A stretch of 32,000 nt of DNA, from NCBI RefSeq assembly GCF_000020385.1, contig NC_010814.1, positions 1,200,001 through 1,232,000 of the forward strand. The letters are read 5' to 3'. The position numbers were made by a program, and so were the translations under genes. This document shows positions 25,351 to 32,000 of this stretch, one piece after another. Below the pieces are notes generated by a model, which was given only the letters and a program-made list of their open reading frames with translations, made no database searches and had not been told where the DNA came from. Position 1 is the stretch's first letter; each line of letters starts with the position of its first letter. The DNA is from Trichlorobacter lovleyi SZ. GTDB lineage: Bacteria; Desulfobacterota; Desulfuromonadia; Geobacterales; Pseudopelobacteraceae.

Positions 25351-26691
25351 TTATTTTCCGGTAGTACTGATTTTTACGGTCTTTTTGAACTCTTTCCAGA
25401 GGAACGGATCATCATCCATGGTGCCGAACGGCAGATACCAGAGCCTGACTTCCAGATCCAGGGTGTCGCTGCTGATGCTGCTTACCTTCTTGCCATCCTT
25501 CTCCTCTGTCTTGACCGGGAAGAAGATGTCATGGGTTGTGGTGATCGTCCTCAACGGCGGCAGGCTGGTGTCTTCCAGCATACCGCTCTTTTCGTAAGGA
25601 CCACGTCCCATCCGGTCGCCTTTACCCAGTTGCTGAGGAATCGGCATGAATATACGTTCTGCGTTGAATACTTCCTTGCCACTCTTGTCTTTTGCTTTTA
25701 CCGACAGAACCAGTCGGTTGGGGGTCGGTCAGCCATCGGGTATGCCGTGACCGGCCTTGTTGGTCAGCTCAATCCGTACCGCTGCCTTGGGACGGATAGT
25801 CGTGTTATCCCGCCAGTAGACCGAGTTGGTTTCCACATGCATCTCAACCGCCTTTTGAGCCATCTCCTTGGAGCGGTAACTCTGCATGTTATGGCCCAGC
25901 TTGCTCTCACGCATATGGCACTGCTGGCAGCTCTTGTTGCCCCCTTCCGGTATATAGGCCATCAGGTAGCTGGCATAGCCGGTTGCACACTGGGTCGGGT
26001 TTTCCTGATCAAAGTTGGGGCCCTGTCCGTGACACTGGCCACACATGATCGATTCAGACATGATCTGCCCTTTGGCCATTTTGGTGAACTTGCCATCCAT
26101 ATGCTCGCCTGACTTGCTGCCGTAGACCGTATCCTTTTTGGGGTAGCCTTCAGACCACTTGTGGGTAATGGCATTACGGTTGTGGCAGATCAGGCAGTTA
26201 ATATTAAGTGAGGAAAGGGTCTTCTCAAGTTTTTCTGCCTTGTCGGTATCTTCCTTTTTAATGGCGGCATCCCAATCCCAGAGCGTGGTCACGATTTCCT
26301 GAGCAACCTTGTCGGTTGCATCAGCCAGTTGGGGCAGGTGACACTTGGTACAGCCCTGCAGGTGTTCAACCTTGACATCCTTGGGTGACTTGACACCGGA
26401 GGCGGGCCAATCCATTGCGCCGTTGATGATAGCGGTCCTGAAGGTGGCTGCAGTACGTCCTGTGCCAAAGATAGAGCGGGCGTGGATCGATTTTGCCCAT
26501 TCATCATGGGCCTGCTGATGGCAGCCGATGCAGGAACTGGAGTCATAGCGTGCCACCAGTTCGGCAATACTGTTGGCCTTGGGCTGCGAAGCAAGGGTGG
26601 CGTCGCGGCCAACACCGACAGGAGCGGCAAGCGCAAAGGTTACCCCCGCCAGCAGCACAATAGCTGCCAGTGATAATATTTTTCGTATCAT
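25351..26691 (-). CDS. extKL: Periplasmic pentaheme c-type cytochrome with an in-frame UGA at codon 321, a probable selenoprotein (ExtKL-like)
   Basis: The start is at MIRKILSLAAIVLLAG (signal peptide) after an AAGAGGA RBS. Five CXXCH motifs are present (CIGCH, CTKCH, CLICH, CGQCH, CQQCH). The track splits the gene into 25729-26730 and 25351-25647, but I checked that the frame is identical. No other stop occurs across ...NKAGHGIPDG-TGA-PTPNRLVLSVKAKDKSGKEVFNAERIFMPIPQQ... . A hairpin follows the TGA. Confidence 0.7.
25700..25731 (-). other. In-frame UGA plus a candidate bacterial SECIS hairpin
   Basis: The minus strand reads UGA, then 10 nt, then the stem ACCGAC / GUCGGU (25700-25705 pairing with 25713-25718) with the loop UGGUUCU. 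The loop begins 17 nt after the UGA and has G at its second position. Confidence 0.5.
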
Positions 26692-26725
26692 GGGTGAAGT
26701 TCCTCTTGTTAAAGGAATGGCGGAG

Positions 26726-26758
26726 GCCATGAGGGGGGCATAAACTCCCCCTCATGGC
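26726..26758 (-). other. Very stable intercistronic hairpin (12-bp GC-rich stem) with no T-tract
   Basis: GCCATGAGGGGG-9 nt loop-CCCCCTCATGGC. It starts 10 nt after the TGA stop of the ExtJ-like gene and ends about 35 nt before the cytochrome ATG. Confidence 0.6.
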
Positions 26759-26768
26759 TCGATGGTGA

Positions 26769-27050
26769 TCAGCAACCCTGCATAGAGGCCATTTTGTCAA
26801 CCTTGACGGTGTCGCCAGCCTTCAGGTCGGCGGCGTTGGAGGCCTTGATGGTCAGCTTGGTGCCATCCACGGCTGTTACCTTGCCGGCCTTGCCGTTCAG
26901 CTTGACCCCGGCGCCTTTTTTGAACTTGGCATCAGCGCCCATTTCAACCACAGCCTGGCCATCGGCAACGGAAACCACCTTGCCCTCGGCAGCAAAGGCA
27001 GCAGTGGCGGCAAAGAGGGACAGAGTCAGCATAACGAGAATCTTCTTCAT
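26769..27050 (-). CDS. Small periplasmic protein ending in -QGC (ExtJ-like), a paralog of the 19441-19767 product
   Basis: 93 aa, starting at MKKILVMLTLSLFAATAAFA after an AAGGAG RBS. The sequence has a Lys/Gly/Val-rich beta-type composition. The C-terminus is Gly-Cys followed by TGA. Confidence 0.7.
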   Translation of the reverse strand: MKKILVMLTLSLFAATAAFAAEGKVVSVADGQAVVEMGADAKFKKGAGVKLNGKAGKVTAVDGTKLTIKASNAADLKAGDTVKVDKMASMQGC

Positions 27051-27078
27051 GGTATAACTCTCCTTTGTGGTCCTCAAG

Positions 27079-27414
27079 TTAGTCGGCTATCGGTTTTGCA
27101 TTCCACATAAAACGCGTATTTGACTTTTTGTCAGAAATCTTGCTGTCTGGCTTCTTGGTCTCTTTGACCGTTTCTGCAGCAGCCTTGGGCGCCTCCTGGT
27201 GGGGAGCCGGTTGCTGTACAACCGGTTGCTGCTGTGGTGTTGCAGCGGCTGTGCCACCAACAAACTGCCAGGAGTTAATGGTGGTGCTCGGCTCATCCAG
27301 CGAAACGGTCTGAGTCTTGCCGGAGCGGTAGGTGATCACCAGGGTGTCGGCAAAGCAAATGTTGGCACAGACCAGGGTGAGTAGTGCAGCGGTAATAAGA
27401 TTCCACTTTTTCAT
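27079..27414 (-). CDS. Small secreted protein with a Pro/Gln/Ala-rich linker and a Lys-rich tail
   Basis: 111 aa with an AAGGAG RBS and a signal peptide (MKKWNLITAALLTLVCANICFA). I recognise no family. Confidence 0.6.
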   Translation of the reverse strand: MKKWNLITAALLTLVCANICFADTLVITYRSGKTQTVSLDEPSTTINSWQFVGGTAAATPQQQPVVQQPAPHQEAPKAAAETVKETKKPDSKISDKKSNTRFMWNAKPIAD

Positions 27415-27473
27415 AGGTGTTACTCCTTGGCTGTTGGTTGGCTGCCGAGGTGCCCCGGCAGCCGTGAGGTGCC

Positions 27474-28943
27474 CTAGAATACCACCTGCAGCATCATACG
27501 GAAAGTGTCGAACGAGTTGACGTCTTTAACGTAGCCTGAGGCAACACCGGGCGTACTGGCACCCGGTACCACAAACGCCATTTTCTTGGAGAAGTCTGTT
27601 TTCAGATATTCAGCGGTCAGACGGACCCGCTGGTCGCCGGTGATGTAGTAGTTGAGGCCACCACCGATCTGCTCAATCCGTTGACCGTCAACCCCCAACA
27701 GGTGGGCAAAACGCCAGTTTTCATACAGAGCGTAGGGTTGCAGCTTGCCCATACCGCCGATCTTGAACGGCAGGATATGGGCAACCTTGGTGTAGAAACC
27801 TTCCTTCTGGCCGTTCATGCCGGAAACCACTGCCAGTTTATCACCGGATGAGGCTGTCAGATAGGCATCTTCAAAATCTACTTTCAGATATTGTGCGGTA
27901 ATCGTGGGGACACCAAAAGCGGTCGGGTATTCAAACATGCCGTCAACCGCAATTGCACTGTAATCAACCGTACCTTTGCTGGTGTTGGCCATTGTTGTTA
28001 CTTTGGTTACCGAGGATGTCGTTGCAGGTCCTGGGGCCGTGGTGGAGGAAGTGCCGTCTGACAGCCAGTAGACGTTCTGGGTATTTTTGTAGGCTGCCTG
28101 AGGCTGAAACGCGCCGCCGACGCCGATGTTGAGGATTTTTTTCTCTCCGAAATAGGTGCCTTGATAACCGGAACCGCCTTCTGATTCGAGGAAGTCAAAG
28201 GTCAGGCGCGCGACATATTCAAGATTGGTTTTTGGGGCTGTACTGGTAGTGGCAGGAGCCCCCATGATTTTGTTCGGGGCGCCGTTCGGATAGTTGGGGG
28301 CATAGGGAATAGCCGTTTGGCTGGTCCCTTCTCGTCCCTGAAAGATACCGGCAAAATAGGTCAGTCGGTCATTAAAGAAACGTCCCACTGCCACGCCACC
28401 CAGGTCACGGCTGAATTTGGCCGGTGAGGATCCGTAAGCTGAGTAGACAAACATGGAGCGGTCCTGTGACAGCGGTGCGAAACAGTCATCCAGATTGGCA
28501 CGGCTTAAAGGAATCTTGGTCAGACCGACCTTCAGGTTGATATGCTCGTTGAAATTTGCAATGGCGTAGGCGTCAATGATCCGTATATCACGGTCGTTCC
28601 AGTCGGTATCCTGCTGTGAAAGCGTGTACATGAACGGGTTTTTGGTGGTGCCGGTGTTACCGCAGGTCTGGAACTTGTAGCCCCAGGTCTCATCCAGCAT
28701 GCCGGTCAGACCCAGGCGGTTACGCATGAAGTGCAGGTCAGTCCTGTTTTCCTTGCCGTCGTTTCCACCACCTAAACTGGTATTTTCCAGATAAAACTGC
28801 CCCTTCAGATCAATCTGTACAAAACCGCCATCATCGCCAAACTCGATTCGCGGTCCTGCCTGGGCAGCCCCCGCGCACAGCATGGTGGCTGCCAGTGCAA
28901 CAGCGCAATACTGCAGATTCCGCTTGCTGCTTTTCTTGCTCAT
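27474..28943 (-). CDS. extI: Outer-membrane beta-barrel porin (ExtI-like / OprO-P-like)
   Basis: 489 aa with a signal peptide ending AQA. The sequence shows an alternating beta-strand pattern rich in Gly, Tyr and Thr. The C-terminus is ...RMMLQVVF, a terminal Phe typical of OMPs. It is the first gene of the porin / small proteins / cytochrome operon. Confidence 0.75.
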   Translation of the reverse strand: MSKKSSKRNLQYCAVALAATMLCAGAAQAGPRIEFGDDGGFVQIDLKGQFYLENTSLGGGNDGKENRTDLHFMRNRLGLTGMLDETWGYKFQTCGNTGTTKNPFMYTLSQQDTDWNDRDIRIIDAYAIANFNEHINLKVGLTKIPLSRANLDDCFAPLSQDRSMFVYSAYGSSPAKFSRDLGGVAVGRFFNDRLTYFAGIFQGREGTSQTAIPYAPNYPNGAPNKIMGAPATTSTAPKTNLEYVARLTFDFLESEGGSGYQGTYFGEKKILNIGVGGAFQPQAAYKNTQNVYWLSDGTSSTTAPGPATTSSVTKVTTMANTSKGTVDYSAIAVDGMFEYPTAFGVPTITAQYLKVDFEDAYLTASSGDKLAVVSGMNGQKEGFYTKVAHILPFKIGGMGKLQPYALYENWRFAHLLGVDGQRIEQIGGGLNYYITGDQRVRLTAEYLKTDFSKKMAFVVPGASTPGVASGYVKDVNSFDTFRMMLQVVF

Positions 28944-29110
28944 GGTTTCCTCCTTAGGGAAGTTGTTGCCCCCAGACCTGGCTCATTCCTTGTCCAGTGG
29001 CTATTGCAGACGATTTATATTGTCTATATCCGAACAGGCAGGTAGATTAAAAACGAATGATTCGCATAACCCTATGAGACGTATGCAGTTTTAAATATAT
29101 GGAGGTTTGC

Positions 29111-30004
29111 ATGGAGTTGGTCTACCTGCGGACGTTTGTGGAGTCGCTTGAGGCAGGAAGTTTCTCAAAAGCAGCTGATGCGCTGTGTGTTACCCAGTCT
29201 GCAGTCTCACGGAGAATCAAGTTTCTGGAGGATCAGTACGGGTATCCGCTGCTGGACCGGTCCGGTCCGGTATTGGTGGCGACTGAAGCGGGAAAAATTG
29301 TGCTGGATAAGGCCCGTCAGCTGTTAAGCATTGAAGATGAACTATTGAAAGGCCTGAAGGGGATTGGCAAACGGGATGGACTCTCCTTCTGCTGCACACC
29401 GGGCTTTGGTACCGCCTTTCTGCCCCGGGTTGTCAGAGAGCTGCTCCAGACCAGCAGTGAGATGCACAATATGCAGTTCTTTCTGGATATGCCGGATCTG
29501 GTGCTGGCCGGGGTTCAGGACGGCCGGTTTGACATCGGTCTGCTGGAACATTGCGAACAGTTTGATTTCAGTGAGCTGCAGGTGTTGCAACTACCTGATG
29601 ACGATGTCCTTTTTGTCAGTTCTCCTGCGCTTGATATACCTTCAGGTGAGGTGACTGTTGCTCAACTGGGACAACATACCCTGTTCTCCCGCCGGGCCGA
29701 GTGCTGTTCAACCAAATTCCTTTCCTTTAACCTGAAAAAGATCGGTCTGGATGAAACGGCATTTCCGTCAAGGGTTGTGTATGACGATCTGCACCAGATT
29801 ATTGCCTCCACCGTGGATGGTCTGGGGATTGCCTTTACTGCGCGTTCCCTGGTTGCTGAACAAATCGCCGCAGGAAAGCTACGCTCACACCAGGTACAAG
29901 GGTTCATGCATGCCCGGAGACGCTCGCTTGTATTCAGGCCCTGTTTTGTCAGCAATCCTCTGGCTGATCTGTTGATACAGGAAGTTCAACGCTGTTTTGA
30001 ATAG
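29111..30004 (+). CDS. LysR-family transcriptional regulator
   Basis: MELVYLRTFVESLEAGSFSKAADALCVTQSAVSRRIKFLEDQYG is a canonical LysR HTH. A GGAGG RBS lies 5 nt upstream. The gene is divergent from the porin operon. Confidence 0.9.
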   Translation: MELVYLRTFVESLEAGSFSKAADALCVTQSAVSRRIKFLEDQYGYPLLDRSGPVLVATEAGKIVLDKARQLLSIEDELLKGLKGIGKRDGLSFCCTPGFGTAFLPRVVRELLQTSSEMHNMQFFLDMPDLVLAGVQDGRFDIGLLEHCEQFDFSELQVLQLPDDDVLFVSSPALDIPSGEVTVAQLGQHTLFSRRAECCSTKFLSFNLKKIGLDETAFPSRVVYDDLHQIIASTVDGLGIAFTARSLVAEQIAAGKLRSHQVQGFMHARRRSLVFRPCFVSNPLADLLIQEVQRCFE

Positions 30005-30032
30005 ACAGTTCTAAATCCGGACTTCGCCTTCC

Positions 30033-30060
30033 CCATGCCGGTTATGCGTAACCGGCATGG
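30033..30060 (+). terminator. Perfect 12-bp hairpin after the lysR-type gene
   Basis: CCATGCCGGTTA-tgcg-TAACCGGCATGG. There is no T-tract, so it could be a terminator or a regulatory structure. Confidence 0.4.
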
Positions 30061-30158
30061 CTCCTTGCAAATGTTTCACCACCTCTCTTCTGATACCTGC
30101 GCTAGACTGCTCACCAATTGTTTTTCTCTTCCATCTAAAACCACCAAGGAGGAATTGT

Positions 30159-31610
30159 ATGAAGCTGTGCCGTTCGTTGTTGTTGCTGGCCGGACTGCTA
30201 CTGGCTGTTTCAAGCAGTGCCATAGCCGGTGTTGACCACTCTGATTTTGTTAAGGGTCCTTTCAAGGAAGGCCGTGACGTAACCAGGCAGTGTCTGGAAT
30301 GCCACGAAAAACAGGCAACTGATGTCATGAAGACAACTCACTGGACCTTTGCCGGTACTCCCAACCATATCAAGGGGATGGAGAAAAGCACCAAAAAATA
30401 CGGCAAGGCCAACATGATCAACAATTTCTGTACCACTGCTTTTAACGGCCCGGACGGAGTTGTCCACGAATCATGCTTTAAGTGCCATGCCGGTTATGGT
30501 TGGACCCGTACCAAGTTTGACCTGACCGACAAGAGCCGGGTTGACTGTCTGGTTTGCCATGCCCAGAAAGGTAACTACGATCGCGCTGCAGCAGGTTGCG
30601 ATGTGAACATGGGAGCGATGGAGAAGGGTTCCATGGATCTTGAAAAGGCAGCCAAGAGTGTTGCCAAGTCAACCCTGCAGAACTGTGGCTACTGCCACTT
30701 TAACGGTGGCGGCGGTGATGCGGTTAAAAACGCCGGTCTTGACTCGACCTTGCTTGCTGCTGATAAAAAGCAGGATGTCCATATGGCCAGGAAAGAAAAG
30801 GGCGGCCTGGGGATGATGTGTCAGGATTGCCACAAGACCAAGGATCATAGCGTTGCTGGTGCTTCTTCCCAGATGGCCCATTATGACAGCCGTACCAGCT
30901 GTGAAGATTGCCACAGCGGCGCAAAGGCACCTCACCAGAAATCCAAAAATGCGGCTATTCTTGCAAAACATACCGCTTCGGTGGCCTGCCAGACCTGTCA
31001 TATCCCGGTCTTTAACAAGGGCCAGGCCACCAAGATGATGTGGAACTGGTCTGATGTGGGCAAAGATATCAAGGCAGAAGAGGAGTTTGACCAAGAGACC
31101 TTTGCCAAGCGTAAAGGTTCCTTCAGATGGGGTAAAAACGTGGTGCCGGTCTATGCCTGGTACAATGGCAAGATTGAGCGCTATATGGTTGGTGACAAGA
31201 TCAAAGATCCTTCCAAGCCGGTTAACATCACCAAACCGGTTGGTGATATCAAAGACAAGACTGCCAAGATCTATCCGTACAAATACTTTACCGGTACACA
31301 GCCAATGGACAGCAAATTCAAGTACCTGAACACTTTCCAGCAGTACAAGGAACTGTGGATCAATTTTGACTGGGAAAAAGCGTTGGTAAACGGGGCCAAA
31401 TGTACTGACAACTGCCTGCCCTACAGCGGCAAGCACCAGTTTGTGAAGACGGTTTCCTATATTGCTGCCCAACATGAAGTTTCACCAAAAGAAGATGCCC
31501 TGCAGTGTGGTGAATGCCATATGGGTGGCAAGCGGATGGATTGGAAAGCCTTGGGGTATAAAGCTGATCCGATGAACGTTGGCGGACGGTTCAGCGGCAG
31601 AAGGAAGTAG
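30159..31610 (+). CDS. Octaheme c-type cytochrome, tetrathionate-reductase (Otr) family
   Basis: The start is at MKLCRSLLLLAGLLLAVSSSAIA after an AAGGAGG RBS. Eight CXXCH motifs are present (CLECH, CFKCH, CLVCH, CGYCH, CQDCH, CEDCH, CQTCH, CGECH). The N-terminus (DHSDFVKGPF...CLECHEKQA...THW) matches my recollection of Otr-type proteins. Confidence 0.8.
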   Translation: MKLCRSLLLLAGLLLAVSSSAIAGVDHSDFVKGPFKEGRDVTRQCLECHEKQATDVMKTTHWTFAGTPNHIKGMEKSTKKYGKANMINNFCTTAFNGPDGVVHESCFKCHAGYGWTRTKFDLTDKSRVDCLVCHAQKGNYDRAAAGCDVNMGAMEKGSMDLEKAAKSVAKSTLQNCGYCHFNGGGGDAVKNAGLDSTLLAADKKQDVHMARKEKGGLGMMCQDCHKTKDHSVAGASSQMAHYDSRTSCEDCHSGAKAPHQKSKNAAILAKHTASVACQTCHIPVFNKGQATKMMWNWSDVGKDIKAEEEFDQETFAKRKGSFRWGKNVVPVYAWYNGKIERYMVGDKIKDPSKPVNITKPVGDIKDKTAKIYPYKYFTGTQPMDSKFKYLNTFQQYKELWINFDWEKALVNGAKCTDNCLPYSGKHQFVKTVSYIAAQHEVSPKEDALQCGECHMGGKRMDWKALGYKADPMNVGGRFSGRRK

Positions 31611-31786
31611 GTTGTAGCCGGTTGCACGCCTGCTGGCACCGGCAGAGCCCGGAACCCCTTTCCCGGTTGTGCCAGCGGGTGTGCAGTTGATCCACTATGT
31701 TATTTGCCGTTGACTCCTGAAGTAAAAAGAGAGTATATGAGTATTTAGTCATATTGTGTATACCTCTGGCTGAACGGAGTCATCCC

Positions 31787-32000
31787 ATGATCAAATCATT
31801 TGCCGATTACCTGACCTTCACCCTGATCGGGCTACAACCCGGTTCCCACCTGGGCGAGGCACTCAATTTCTTTGTCTATGACACCCTCAAGATCTTTCTG
31901 CTGCTGACGGTTATTATTTTTTGTGTTGCGGTTATCCGGTCCTGGTTTTCTCCGGAACGGACCAGGCGCATTCTGTCCCACAACCGTGAGTACGTTGGCA
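31787..32000 (+). CDS. COG0701/ArsP-type permease, N-terminal fragment; the gene runs off the right edge
   Basis: My own translation gives MIKSFADYLTFTLIGLQPGSHLGEALNFFVYDTLKIFLLLTVIIFCVAVIRSWFSPERTRRILS. A GGAG RBS lies upstream. The pattern matches my recollection of the N-terminus of permeases often found in ars loci. Confidence 0.55.
   Translation, partial: MIKSFADYLTFTLIGLQPGSHLGEALNFFVYDTLKIFLLLTVIIFCVAVIRSWFSPERTRRILSHNREYVG

Noticed and set aside
25351-25647. The 98-aa ORF (MPIPQQLG...) taken as an independent gene downstream of the cytochrome.
   Set aside because: It is in the same frame as the cytochrome ORF, with only one TGA between them. It has no Shine-Dalgarno, and 28 further sense codons precede its ATG. 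I therefore treated it as the C-terminal part of a Sec-containing protein.
30053-30069. A sigma54-like motif, GGCAT-N6-TTGCA, upstream of the octaheme cytochrome gene.
   Set aside because: The spacing between GG and GC is 11 nt rather than the strict 10 nt, and the -24 half lies inside the 12-bp hairpin arm.
1-32000. A search for CRISPR repeats, tRNA or rRNA genes, transposase or integrase genes, and long direct repeats marking a mobile island.
   Set aside because: I found none by eye. There are no regularly spaced repeats, no cloverleaf-like segments in intergenic regions and no IS-type ORFs. Composition looks uniform across the window.

Overview
The window looks like a metalloid and sulfur respiration island from a Geobacter/Desulfuromonadales-like deltaproteobacterium. 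That assignment is inferred from the many c-type cytochromes, the sigma54 enhancer-binding regulators and the Mo-bisPGD oxidoreductases. I saw no rRNA, tRNA, CRISPR array or transposase.

Layout, left to right:
1. Minus strand, 1-7223. An arsenate-respiration-like module with a PhnD-like periplasmic binding protein, a sensor kinase and an NtrC-family regulator (AioXSR/ArxXSR-style). These are followed by a triheme cytochrome, an ArrA-like molybdoenzyme and a partial ArrB-like ferredoxin.
2. Plus strand, 7270-8755. arsR and acr3, each preceded by a copy of the same 16-bp palindrome.
3. Plus strand, 8947-11526. A GGDEF-EAL protein with a CXXCH motif in its periplasmic loop.
4. Plus strand, 11588-14469. 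mobA, mobB, moaA and a MOSC protein fused to a Cys-rich domain.
5. Minus strand, 14643-19373. A PsrABC-type molybdoenzyme operon plus a periplasmic tandem rhodanese.
6. Minus strand, 19441-19837. A small secreted protein ending in -GC, driven by a perfect sigma54 promoter and followed by a strong terminator placed just upstream of the psrA-like gene.
7. Minus strand, 19947-25175. A YeeE/YedE transporter, a secreted FGE-sulfatase-domain protein, a TusA/YedF-like protein with a CPAC motif, a PAS histidine kinase and a sigma54 regulator.
8. Minus strand, 25351-28943. A porin, two small secreted proteins and a pentaheme cytochrome.
9. Plus strand, 29111-32000. A LysR regulator, an Otr-family octaheme cytochrome and the start of a COG0701/ArsP-type permease.

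The most notable signal is in the pentaheme cytochrome. Its reading frame continues straight through an in-frame TGA at 25729-25731, and a correctly placed hairpin follows. This fits a selenocysteine-containing multiheme cytochrome resembling the Geobacter ExtI/J/KL selenite/tellurite-associated cluster. It sits beside the selenium-linked YedE/YedF-type genes and a Psr/Srr-like reductase with rhodanese. Together these may form one selenium (or sulfur) oxyanion respiration and trafficking system.
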